Shown here: one piece after another, positions 1-7,625 of the stretch
Layout: the number at the start of each line of letters is the position of its first letter
Position numbering within the stretch: position 1 is the first letter of the stretch
Source: Pseudidiomarina andamanensis
GTDB taxonomy: Bacteria > Pseudomonadota > Gammaproteobacteria > Enterobacterales > Alteromonadaceae
Direction of reading: 5' to 3'
DNA length: 32,000 nt
NCBI RefSeq assembly: GCF_009734345.1
Contig: NZ_CP032551.1
Span: 840,001 to 872,000, forward strand
Translations under genes and position numbers: made by a program
The notes under the pieces: generated by a model
Databases searched by the model: none
The model's input: the letters and a program-made list of their open reading frames with translations, nothing else
What the model was told of the DNA's origin: nothing

Positions 1-324
1 TTTCACGTAACTTATTTGTGCGCCAGCTTGTAAGCATAACGCACGCATCGCTCCAATCTGGTAATGCAAAATGGCTTTCAGTTCTGTTGGGGGAAAGTGT
101 AACGTGCGACGACCAAACCCAGCCAAATCTGGATAAGCTGGGTGCGCACCAATTTCGACTTGATGCTCAATTGCTAACTGAATGGTTTGCGCCATGATTG
201 CTGGGCCCCCGGCATGAAAACCACAAGCAATGTTAGCCATATCAATGTGCGGCATAACGGCAGCATCATCGCCCATGGTCCAGGCCGCAAAACTTTCTCC
301 CATATCACAATTAAGTTTAATCAT
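1..324 (-). CDS. pxpA: 5-oxoprolinase subunit A (LamB/YcsF family), N-terminal 108 codons; the gene runs off the left edge
   Basis: Absent from the ORF track because there is no stop in the window. My minus-strand translation from the ATG at 324..322 reads [73 protein letters not shown]... This carries the N-terminal N-x-D-x-GE and [10 protein letters not shown] motifs I recall from E. coli YbgL/PxpA. The ATG overlaps the TGA of the upstream ORF (ATGA). Confidence 0.8.
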   Translation of the reverse strand, partial: MIKLNCDMGESFAAWTMGDDAAVMPHIDMANIACGFHAGGPAIMAQTIQLAIEHQVEIGAHPAYPDLAGFGRRTLHFPPTELKAILHYQIGAMRALCLQAGAQISYVK

Positions 325-740
325 GACTGTTTATCAACCGAATCCTCTGACTTATCTTTGTTTGCGCCACGCGCTCCGGCGAATCGCGCATAACTGTAAG
401 CAAATAAATAAACCCCAACACCGACACTTGAGATAAATAAAGGAGCAAGCGTTAATCCGCCAATTTGATGGGCGCCATACACGGCGGCAGCACCAGTTAA
501 GCCCAGAGTCGTCAGTGATGCCGCAACCAAGGTGATAGGCTCGAGCCACTTGAGTAAAACTGTGCCGCCCAGCAAATTCACCAATGCCCCCAGAATAATT
601 CCCCAAGCAATTGGCACACCAAGTTTGTACCAACCCAGTTGCCAATCGATAATGGCTGCCCACAATTGCTGTTCGCTGGCATTATAAAACATTAGGCCAA
701 CAAGACCCGCTAAAATAACTAACCGTGTAGTTAACGACAT
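321..740 (-). CDS. Hypothetical small integral membrane protein (139 aa, about 4 hydrophobic helices)
   Basis: Complete ORF. AGGGAAG Shine-Dalgarno-like sequence 6-12 nt upstream of the ATG. Four long hydrophobic stretches and a charged C-terminal tail ([12 protein letters not shown]). The stop overlaps the pxpA start by 4 nt. No family recognised. Confidence 0.6.
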   Translation of the reverse strand: MSLTTRLVILAGLVGLMFYNASEQQLWAAIIDWQLGWYKLGVPIAWGIILGALVNLLGGTVLLKWLEPITLVAASLTTLGLTGAAAVYGAHQIGGLTLAPLFISSVGVGVYLFAYSYARFAGARGANKDKSEDSVDKQS

Positions 741-763
741 AATTCTTCCCTACGTTTGTGGGT

Positions 764-1054
764 CTAAATAAGTAGCCAAGACAAAATGGCAATAATGATG
801 GCAATAATCGGTACCCACAAAATTGGGGATTGGTACCATTTTAAAACAGGTTGTTGATACGGTGCTGAGGTTTTTTCTGGCGCCGGTTCAGGACGTTTTT
901 GACGTAGTAACCACACTGCCCCCACAACCAATAACACCACGCCTAATTGACGGTAACTTGAAGCCGCTTCGTTTGCAGGAGCTAATACGGCGAGTAAAAT
1001 ACCAAGAACCATAATCGCCAGCGCACTAATTCGTGTTGTCGTTGTTGTTTTCAT
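764..1054 (-). CDS. Hypothetical small membrane protein (96 aa, about 3 hydrophobic helices)
   Basis: Complete ORF in the same orientation, 23 nt upstream of the 139-aa ORF and 4 nt downstream of the previous small ORF. Hydrophobic segments flank a Pro/Glu-rich loop. No family recognised. Confidence 0.55.
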   Translation of the reverse strand: MKTTTTTRISALAIMVLGILLAVLAPANEAASSYRQLGVVLLVVGAVWLLRQKRPEPAPEKTSAPYQQPVLKWYQSPILWVPIIAIIIAILSWLLI

Positions 1055-1058
1055 AAGC

Positions 1059-1223
1059 TTATTTTTGCCCTTTTTGTTTTTCTTTTCGCCACGCTATTAA
1101 AAACCATATCCAGCCGACTACTTGCATAACCACACCAACAATAATGGTGCTTATGGCTTGCTCCCAAATACCACTTAACATGGTCGCAAAACCAATAACC
1201 GCTAAGATGAGTGGGTATATCAT
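1059..1223 (-). CDS. Hypothetical small membrane protein (54 aa, 2 hydrophobic helices)
   Basis: The track ORF 1059..1289 is trimmed to the internal ATG (MIYPLILAVIGF...), which has AAGGAG 6 nt upstream. The remaining sequence is two hydrophobic helices plus a basic tail (RKEKQKGQK). Confidence 0.5.
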   Translation of the reverse strand: MIYPLILAVIGFATMLSGIWEQAISTIIVGVVMQVVGWIWFLIAWRKEKQKGQK

Positions 1224-1353
1224 CACAATCTCCTTGTTAGGAATAGACACCTTACTGAAATCTTCAGCGTCGCGAAAGACTTCAGGCATTATATTCGACT
1301 ATTGTCGGGGCGAGTGCCATACTGCTTTCACTAACTTTGACGATGAGGCAGCT

Positions 1354-2277
1354 ATGACCCGAGCCGCACAGGAAACCCAACTCGAAACATGCGAGTCAGA
1401 GCATTTGCAGCATGATGCAAGTATCTATGCATCAGTACAGCGACAATTAACGCCATATCTAACGGTTCACCGTATTTTGCCACAACGAGCAATTCGGATG
1501 ATCGGTCCATGGTGCTTCCTTGATCATTTCGGCCCTGTTGCTCCAGCGAATTATCGCCAATTTGATGTGCCGCCTCACCCACATATTGGCCTACAAACCA
1601 TTACTTGGTTGCTATCGGGTCAACTTCTACATCAAGACAGTTTAGGCTATGAACAACCATTACGTGGCGGACAATTGAATTTAATGACCGCCGGCCGTGG
1701 AATTACTCATGCTGAGGTTGCTGACCATGACCCGAATCAGCCATTACATGGACTACAACTATGGCGAGCACTGCCGCCGGAGCACGAACAAACAGAACCG
1801 CGCTTCGACCATTATCAACAGGTGCCTAAATTTAGCCTTGGCGATTGCACCGCAACGCTGATTTGCGGAACTTACGCCACCGAACAGCGACGCTGGAATA
1901 GCCCGGCACTAAGCTTTAGCCCCAGTCTTGCCATGCTGTTGAATACCCCCCGTACAACCGCCGTTGAATTGCACTTAGAGCGTGATTTTGAATATGGAAT
2001 TTATGTTGTAGGCGGCCAAATAGAAACGCTTGATAAAACGATTCGAGCACACCAATTGCTTAGCTTGGGTAGCAATCATCACCACCTTATTTTGGAGTTA
2101 GGGGCAGACACAGAAGTATTGTTGTTAGGCGGTGAAGCATTTGAACAACCAGTCAAAATGTGGTGGAATTTTGTTAGTGCCTCACAGCAGCGCGTTGAAC
2201 AAGCCCAAAAAGATTGGGATGCGGGTCATGAGCGGTTTGGAAGAGTTGCTCATTACCAAACGAAAAAAGGTAACTAA
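1354..2277 (+). CDS. Pirin-family (bicupin) protein
   Basis: Contains RMIGPWCFLDHFGP...PPHPHIGLQTITWLLSGQLLHQDSLGYEQPLRGGQLNLMTAGRGITHAEV, the pirin N-terminal cupin His/Glu metal-ligand region. The start is set at MTRAAQ (ATG 1354, GAGG 6 nt upstream) because the longer track ORF overlaps the divergent small membrane gene. The exact start is uncertain. Confidence 0.8.
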   Translation: MTRAAQETQLETCESEHLQHDASIYASVQRQLTPYLTVHRILPQRAIRMIGPWCFLDHFGPVAPANYRQFDVPPHPHIGLQTITWLLSGQLLHQDSLGYEQPLRGGQLNLMTAGRGITHAEVADHDPNQPLHGLQLWRALPPEHEQTEPRFDHYQQVPKFSLGDCTATLICGTYATEQRRWNSPALSFSPSLAMLLNTPRTTAVELHLERDFEYGIYVVGGQIETLDKTIRAHQLLSLGSNHHHLILELGADTEVLLLGGEAFEQPVKMWWNFVSASQQRVEQAQKDWDAGHERFGRVAHYQTKKGN

Positions 2278-2756
2278 TGGGAATTGTCAGTTTCGTCAGT
2301 AGGATCACCCGCCGCTTAGGTTTGTGGTTTCTTGCCGCAGGAATAACACTTGCGGTTATGTTCACCGCAGTGTTGATTTATAAACTCACCGTGTTTGAAC
2401 CAGAGCCTCCGGTCGCTGCTAACTGTCAATCGTTACAGCTCATAACAACCGCTGACACAGCTGCAGAGATTCATGTTTATGATTGTCAGCGCGGCAATTC
2501 AGGAAACAGCTGGCAAGGGTTTGAAGTTTGGTTATTTGAGCCCAGCGCCAATGATTGGCTGCGAATTGCAACTGCAGAACAAGGTCCTTGTTTAACAGTT
2601 GCCTGGCAGCGCAACGGCGAGTTAGCTATTCACCATGGCCACAGTCGTGGCGCACTAAATATTGCGAAGGCTTCGGTGATTTACGATGACGCTAATGGCC
2701 GACCAGCGACCATTAGCGTCACGACAGAACGCGAAGAAAAAGAGTGTCCTCTATAA
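2277..2756 (+). CDS. Hypothetical membrane-anchored protein (159 aa, N-terminal TM helix, 4 Cys)
   Basis: Its ATG overlaps the pirin TAA by 1 nt (TAATG). It has an N-terminal basic stretch plus a hydrophobic helix (RRLGLWFLAAGITLAVMFTAVLIY), followed by a soluble domain with four cysteines. No family recognised. Confidence 0.55.
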   Translation: MGIVSFVSRITRRLGLWFLAAGITLAVMFTAVLIYKLTVFEPEPPVAANCQSLQLITTADTAAEIHVYDCQRGNSGNSWQGFEVWLFEPSANDWLRIATAEQGPCLTVAWQRNGELAIHHGHSRGALNIAKASVIYDDANGRPATISVTTEREEKECPL

Positions 2757-2769
2757 CTAACTAAGCCAA

Positions 2770-3522
2770 TTAACCGAGCTTCATCACCCACTTTAATGGC
2801 AAACGCTTCATCAAAAAACCGATAAATGCCCATGGCCAAGTCGGCACATACGCCTGTACGGGCTCTTTCTCTATCGCTTTTACAAGCAAACGGCAGCCGG
2901 TTTCGGTATCAATCATAAATGGGGTGTTCTTCACCTTCTCATTGATTTCTGAACGAATATATCCGGGTAATATGGCACTCACTTTAATTGGCGAGCGTGA
3001 TTTAATTAAATCAGCACGAATGCCCTCGGTTAACGCCAATAAGCCGGCTTTTGTCGCCGCGTAAACCGTCATAGCTCGTGGCATTCCGCGTAGTGCGCTA
3101 ATTGAACTAATGGTCACCAAATGCCCGCTATTTTGTTCACGGAAGATTTCAAGTGCAGCCTCACATTGCGCTAATGCCGCCACAAAGTTGGTTTGTGCCG
3201 TTTGCACGTTGGCGTAAAAATACCCAGTACCCAGCGATGCGCCTTTGCCCATTCCAGCATTCACAATCACCCGATCGATACTGCCAAACTCTTCCTTAAA
3301 CGCTTTAAATACAGCAAACACATCGTCGTGCTGATTCACGTCTAGCGCTTTAACGCTGACTTTAATTTCGGGGTAACGCTGCTCTAACTCTTGCTTCAAC
3401 GCCTCAAGGCGCTCAGTACGACGCGCACATAATGCTAGGTTACGACCATGTTTGGCGAATTCTCGAGCCATCCCCTCGCCTAAACCAGAACTTGCGCCGG
3501 TTATCAGAATTGTTTTGCGCAT
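2770..3522 (-). CDS. Short-chain dehydrogenase/reductase (classical SDR)
   Basis: TGASSGLG cofactor motif, NAG motif (VIVNAGMG) and the Ser...YAATK catalytic motif. AAGGA RBS. Lies 9 nt downstream of the kinase gene. Confidence 0.85.
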   Translation of the reverse strand: MRKTILITGASSGLGEGMAREFAKHGRNLALCARRTERLEALKQELEQRYPEIKVSVKALDVNQHDDVFAVFKAFKEEFGSIDRVIVNAGMGKGASLGTGYFYANVQTAQTNFVAALAQCEAALEIFREQNSGHLVTISSISALRGMPRAMTVYAATKAGLLALTEGIRADLIKSRSPIKVSAILPGYIRSEINEKVKNTPFMIDTETGCRLLVKAIEKEPVQAYVPTWPWAFIGFLMKRLPLKWVMKLG

Positions 3523-3531
3523 GAATTATCC

Positions 3532-4593
3532 TTATTTGATTAGTTTACGGGCTCGCCAATGCAGATAATGCACTAAGAACCAGAAATTTTTAAACGCCGG
3601 GTTGCGGGTTTGTTTGTGGTGGTAGCGGAAGTAAATTTGCTGCGCGATCACACTTAAACGAAATAACCCAAACACCTCATAGAACCGAAAATCTTTGACG
3701 TCGACGCCCATCTTGTCGCAGTAGTATTCAATGACCTGTTGGCGCGTCAACATGCCTGGCAAGTGCGTTGGCTGACGTCGGGTTGAACGTGCAATACGGT
3801 CATCATCCGCTTGAATCCAATAGGCAAGGCTATTCCCTAAATCCATTAGAGGATTACCTAAAGTCGCCAATTCCCAGTCGAGCACGCCAATGATCTTGGT
3901 TGGATCATCGATATCCAGCACAAGATTATCGAAGCGAAAATCATTATGGGTCATACAAATGGTTTCATGTTTCGGCATATTCGCTGCCAACCATTGCATC
4001 AACTTTTTACCCGACGGGACATTCCATGTTTTCGCTTTTTTGTAACGCTCACTCCAACCGAGAACTTGGCGTTCGGTATAGCCTGCGCCCTTGGCTAAAT
4101 CACTTAAGCCCGCCGCTTCAATATCCACTTGATGCAGCTCAATTAGTACATCCAAGGCGTTCAAGCATAGCTGACGGGTTTGCGCCTCGCTTAACTGCAG
4201 TTCGCGCGGCATGTTTTTACGCGGGATAATTCCAGCGACCCGATCCATTACATAGAACTCGTCGCCAATAACGCGAGTATCGTCGGTATACACCCGCATT
4301 TCCGGAACATAGGGGAATACCGGTTTCAACGCTTTTTGTAGTCGATACTCGCGGCCCATATCGTGTGCTGATTTAGCCTTTGTGCCTGCTGGTGGCCGAC
4401 GCAAAATGAGATCTGCATTATCGAACTGAAGTCGATAGGTCCAGTTCGAAGCTCCGCCACTATATTGAGTTACGTGCATTGGTCCAGAAAGCTCTGGTAA
4501 CTGCTCTCGTAACCAATCACTCAATGGTTGCTCTGGTAGTTCTTCGCCTGCGCGAACGGAGGTTGCTTTATCTTCTAGCTTGTTATCGGTCAC
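3532..4593 (-). CDS. Phosphotransferase-family protein (APH / ACAD10-11 N-terminal-like kinase)
   Basis: Brenner-type catalytic loop HNDFRFDNLV and the downstream LDWE metal-binding motif typical of APH/choline-kinase-fold enzymes. GTG start preceded by GGGAGG 5 nt upstream, immediately after the TAA of the acyl-CoA dehydrogenase gene. Confidence 0.85.
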   Translation of the reverse strand: MTDNKLEDKATSVRAGEELPEQPLSDWLREQLPELSGPMHVTQYSGGASNWTYRLQFDNADLILRRPPAGTKAKSAHDMGREYRLQKALKPVFPYVPEMRVYTDDTRVIGDEFYVMDRVAGIIPRKNMPRELQLSEAQTRQLCLNALDVLIELHQVDIEAAGLSDLAKGAGYTERQVLGWSERYKKAKTWNVPSGKKLMQWLAANMPKHETICMTHNDFRFDNLVLDIDDPTKIIGVLDWELATLGNPLMDLGNSLAYWIQADDDRIARSTRRQPTHLPGMLTRQQVIEYYCDKMGVDVKDFRFYEVFGLFRLSVIAQQIYFRYHHKQTRNPAFKNFWFLVHYLHWRARKLIK

Positions 4594-5820
4594 TTAAGCC
4601 TCCCGATACTTGGCGAGCTCAACTTTCGCGATGGTGGTACGATGCACCGCGTCAGGGCCATCAGCAATACGCAATGCGCGCGCCATCGCAAACAACGCCG
4701 TAAGTGGCGTGTCGTGACTCATACCTGCGCCGCCGTATATCTGAATAGCTTCATCGACAACCTGTTGTAAGACGTTTGGTGCTGCCACTTTAATGGCTGA
4801 AATCTCAGCAAGTGCTTTCATGGCGCCAACTTGATCAATTTTCCACGCCGCATAGAAGGTTAATAAGCGGGCCTGATCAATGGCGATACGCATATCAGCA
4901 ACACGCTCGAGATTGCCATTCAATTGCAACAACGGCTTGCCAAAACCAATACGTTCTTGCCCGCGACGAATAAACAACTGCAACGCTTTCTCAGCAGCAC
5001 CTAAAGCGCGCATACAGTGGTGAATGCGTCCTGGTCCCAATCGCCCCTGCGCAATTTTAAAGCCATCACCAAGCTGACCAATCACGTTTGCCTTTGGTAC
5101 GCGAACATTTTCAAATAGAACTTCGCCATGCCCGTACGGCGCATCATACTCACCAAACGCTGGCAACATACGTTCAACGGTCACACCATCAGAATCAAGC
5201 GGCACCAACACCATTGAGTGACGTTGATGCTTCGGCGCATCCGGATTGGTTAAGCCCATCACTATGGCAAACTTAGCATGCGGATGACCGAGTCCAGTTG
5301 ACCACCACTTGCGCCCGTTAATAACGACTTCATCGCCATCTGCAACAATACTCGCCTGCATATTGGTGGCATCGGAGGAAGCCACATCAGGTTCGGTCAT
5401 ACAAAATACTGAGCGGATTTCACCGTTTAATAGAGGCGTTAACCACTGTTTTTTCTGGGCATCGTTGCCGAAGTGATAAAGCACTTCCATATTGCCTGTG
5501 TCCGGCGCATTGCAATTAAAAACTTCAGGTGCAAGTAAGCTATGGCCCATGACCTCTGCCAACGGCGCGTATTCTAATGTGGTCAACCCAGCACCCAACT
5601 CGGCATCGGGTAAAAATAGATTCCACAGTCCGGCTTGTTTGGCTTTCGCTTTTAACTCTTCAACAATAGGAGCAACTTGCCAGTGCCGCCAATTCGCATC
5701 AGGGTTCAAGCGGCGATTTTCTTTATGATAATTCGCTTCAATCGGTTCAATGTGTTCTTGCATGAACGCGATCAAGCGTTTGCGATAATTGAGAGTCTTT
5801 TCACTTGGCGTAAAATCCAT
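4594..5820 (-). CDS. Acyl-CoA dehydrogenase family protein (FadE2 / ACAD10-11 C-terminal-like)
   Basis: 408 aa with ACAD hallmarks: FCMTEPDVASSDATN, RKWWSTG, GPGRIHHCMRALG and a C-terminal IYGGAGMSHDTPL...RIADGPDAVH. First gene of a tight three-gene operon. Confidence 0.9.
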   Translation of the reverse strand: MDFTPSEKTLNYRKRLIAFMQEHIEPIEANYHKENRRLNPDANWRHWQVAPIVEELKAKAKQAGLWNLFLPDAELGAGLTTLEYAPLAEVMGHSLLAPEVFNCNAPDTGNMEVLYHFGNDAQKKQWLTPLLNGEIRSVFCMTEPDVASSDATNMQASIVADGDEVVINGRKWWSTGLGHPHAKFAIVMGLTNPDAPKHQRHSMVLVPLDSDGVTVERMLPAFGEYDAPYGHGEVLFENVRVPKANVIGQLGDGFKIAQGRLGPGRIHHCMRALGAAEKALQLFIRRGQERIGFGKPLLQLNGNLERVADMRIAIDQARLLTFYAAWKIDQVGAMKALAEISAIKVAAPNVLQQVVDEAIQIYGGAGMSHDTPLTALFAMARALRIADGPDAVHRTTIAKVELAKYREA

Positions 5821-5906
5821 AGGGTTGCCCTGCTGATTTAGAAATAAATTATTATTTAAACGACTGTTTGAATGATTGTAGTGAGTCGGCGAGAAAATAA
5901 AAGTGT

Positions 5907-6839
5907 TTATATCGTGTTTAATGATCGTTGTGCCGTAGCTGGCAGTCGCTCAGCTAAGAAATCAATAAATACACGTACTGCCGGTAATAATCCGCGGCGA
6001 TAGGGATAAACCATATGCATAATGCCAATCGGTAATGACCAATCTGGCAATACAGGTTCCAGTAATCCGTCTTGTAACGCTTGCTCACAGAGGTAATTTG
6101 GTAATGAGACGATACCCAAGCCTTCAATTGCAGCCTCACGTAACACGATCATATCGTCAGTAATGAGTCGTGGACGAAAGCTCACGGTTAGTTTTTCACT
6201 GGTTTTTGACGTGAGGTCATAGCGATACCGACCACTGGTGTAATGTAAACTCAGGTGCGGATAATGAACAAGATCGAGCGGATGTCGCAATGGTTTATCG
6301 ACACGAGCAACGTCGCCGCGATTGGGGCTGCGATACAACGTACCCGGCGAATCAGCAAGCGGACGTGCTATGAGTGACGAGTCTTCAATAAATGGACGTA
6401 CACGCAAGGCCACATCAATGCCTTCATCAATAAGATTTACTGGCCGATTGGTTACCATTAAATTAATACGCACCTCGGGATAAAGCGCCATGAATTCCGG
6501 AAGCAATGTGACCAACATGCTTTGGCTAATGGCATAAGGCGAACTCACGTGAATCTCGCCCCTCGGTGTTTCTTGTACCATTTGTGTGACTTGCTGCGCA
6601 GCTTCTGCCGCTGCGACAAGCGTTTCACAATGCACGAGAAAAGCTTGTCCGATATCGGTGAGCTTTAAACCACGCGTGCTGCGATGAAGCAAACGGACAC
6701 CTTGCTCGTCTTCAAGTTCTGTTAGGCGCCGGCTTACCGTCGATTTCGGCATATTGAGTTCGCGCGCTCCTGCACTGATGCTGCCTGCAGCAACAACTCG
6801 CGCAAAAATAAGGTAATTCGTTAAGTCAGGAATCGCCAT
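5907..6839 (-). CDS. LysR-family transcriptional regulator
   Basis: N-terminal winged HTH (FARVVAAGSISAGARELNMPKSTVSRRLTELEDEQGVRLLHRSTRGLKLT) and a LysR substrate-binding domain. The start is trimmed to MAIPDLTNY (ATG 6839), the usual spacing before the HTH. Divergent from azoR. Confidence 0.85.
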   Translation of the reverse strand: MAIPDLTNYLIFARVVAAGSISAGARELNMPKSTVSRRLTELEDEQGVRLLHRSTRGLKLTDIGQAFLVHCETLVAAAEAAQQVTQMVQETPRGEIHVSSPYAISQSMLVTLLPEFMALYPEVRINLMVTNRPVNLIDEGIDVALRVRPFIEDSSLIARPLADSPGTLYRSPNRGDVARVDKPLRHPLDLVHYPHLSLHYTSGRYRYDLTSKTSEKLTVSFRPRLITDDMIVLREAAIEGLGIVSLPNYLCEQALQDGLLEPVLPDWSLPIGIMHMVYPYRRGLLPAVRVFIDFLAERLPATAQRSLNTI

Positions 6840-6870
6840 AGCAGTTAATCCTCTCACGCTATTAACCTTC

Positions 6871-6926
6871 GTTCCATTTTTGGAACACTTATTCCCAATA
6901 TAACCATCTACCGCCATAAATGGAAC
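6871..6926. promoter_or_regulatory. Candidate LysR-type operator: GTTCCA-N4-TGGAAC dyad (6871..6886, contains T-N11-A) plus a third TGGAAC half-site at 6921..6926
   Basis: Perfect 6+6 inverted repeat read directly in the 147-bp divergent LysR/azoR intergenic region. An extra identical half-site lies about four helical turns away, resembling the recognition-site/activation-site layout of LysR regulators. Confidence 0.35.
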
Positions 6927-6986
6927 ATATTTAAACTTACTTCATTGAGTAATAAACCACAGCGCACATTTAATTGAGAGGTTTCT

Positions 6987-7547
6987 ATGAAAATTTTGCA
7001 TATTGATTCTGGTATCTTTGTTGAACAATCCGTTAGCCGTAAAATTAGTCGCGACATCGTTGCGCATCTGACCAAACAACAACAAGCCGATGTCATCCAT
7101 CGTGATTTGGTTGTAAATCCGGTACCACATCTTGACGCCGAAACACTGTTAGCGAGCGAAAATCCGCTGAGCGATGAGTTGATTGCTGAAGTTCAAGCTG
7201 CTGAGGTTTTAGTCATCGGCGCACCAATGTACAACTTCACTATTCCAACGCAATTGAAAGCATGGCTCGACCGCGTACTCAAGGCAGGCGTTACGTTTAA
7301 ATATACCGAGCAAGGCCCTCAAGGATTATTAAAAGGTAAAACTGCTTACATCGCATCAGGTCGAGGCGGTATCTACAGCAAAGGTGATGCGGCAGCGCTT
7401 GATCATCAAGAAAGCTACTTACGCAATGCGCTGGCATTCATCGGCATCACCGATGTTCATGTAATTCGTGCAGAAGGCGTTAATTTGGGTGATGAGCCTC
7501 GTCAGCAAGCGCTAGCTGCTGCTGAAGAAGCAGTAGCAGAACTATAA
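6987..7547 (+). CDS. azoR: FMN-dependent NADH-azoreductase
   Basis: MKILHIDSG... and APMYNFTIPTQLKAWLDRVLKAGVTFKYTEQGPQGLLKGKTAYIASGRGGIY closely parallel E. coli AzoR ([37 protein letters not shown]). GAGAGG RBS. Confidence 0.85.
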   Translation: MKILHIDSGIFVEQSVSRKISRDIVAHLTKQQQADVIHRDLVVNPVPHLDAETLLASENPLSDELIAEVQAAEVLVIGAPMYNFTIPTQLKAWLDRVLKAGVTFKYTEQGPQGLLKGKTAYIASGRGGIYSKGDAAALDHQESYLRNALAFIGITDVHVIRAEGVNLGDEPRQQALAAAEEAVAEL

Positions 7548-7597
7548 GCTCGGCTTTTAAACGCGGTTTTACGACCTCCCCCGATTGGTCGTGATTA

Positions 7598-7625
7598 GCG
7601 CACCATCTTTGGTGCGCTTTTTTTA
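7598..7625 (+). terminator. Rho-independent terminator after azoR
   Basis: GCGCACC (7598-7604) / GGTGCGC (7611-7617) stem with a 6-nt loop, followed by a T7 run. The stop codon of the convergent 463-aa gene lies inside the T-run. Confidence 0.6.

Noticed and set aside
187-436. Plus-strand ORFs 187..393 and 230..436 (68 aa each).
   Set aside because: They lie antisense to the well-supported pxpA N-terminus and the 139-aa membrane ORF. They have no SD and their composition is not protein-like, so they are most likely frame shadows.
352-663. Minus-strand 103-aa ORF in an alternative frame inside the 139-aa membrane gene.
   Set aside because: It is fully nested in another frame of the better-supported ORF, which has an SD and an ATGA coupling to pxpA. 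Its Cys/Trp/Arg-rich composition is typical of out-of-frame translation.
1144-1353. N-terminal 70-aa extension of the pirin ORF in the track (start at 1144).
   Set aside because: The extension overlaps the divergent small membrane gene and its promoter region and has no pirin-like sequence. The internal ATG at 1354 has a GAGG SD.
6840-6917. 26-aa N-terminal extension of the LysR ORF, and the overlapping ORFs 6908..7096 and 6942..7130.
   Set aside because: LysR HTH domains begin within ~5-10 residues of the true start, and the ATG at 6839 fits this and has a GAGG upstream. The other ORFs lie across the divergent promoter and antisense to azoR.
7571-7591. Second small hairpin ACGACC-N9-GGTCGT next to the azoR terminator, considered as a terminator for the convergent 463-aa gene.
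   Set aside because: It has only a 6-bp stem with a 9-nt loop and no T-run on the minus strand. That is too weak to call, so the 3' end of the 463-aa gene's transcript remains unassigned.
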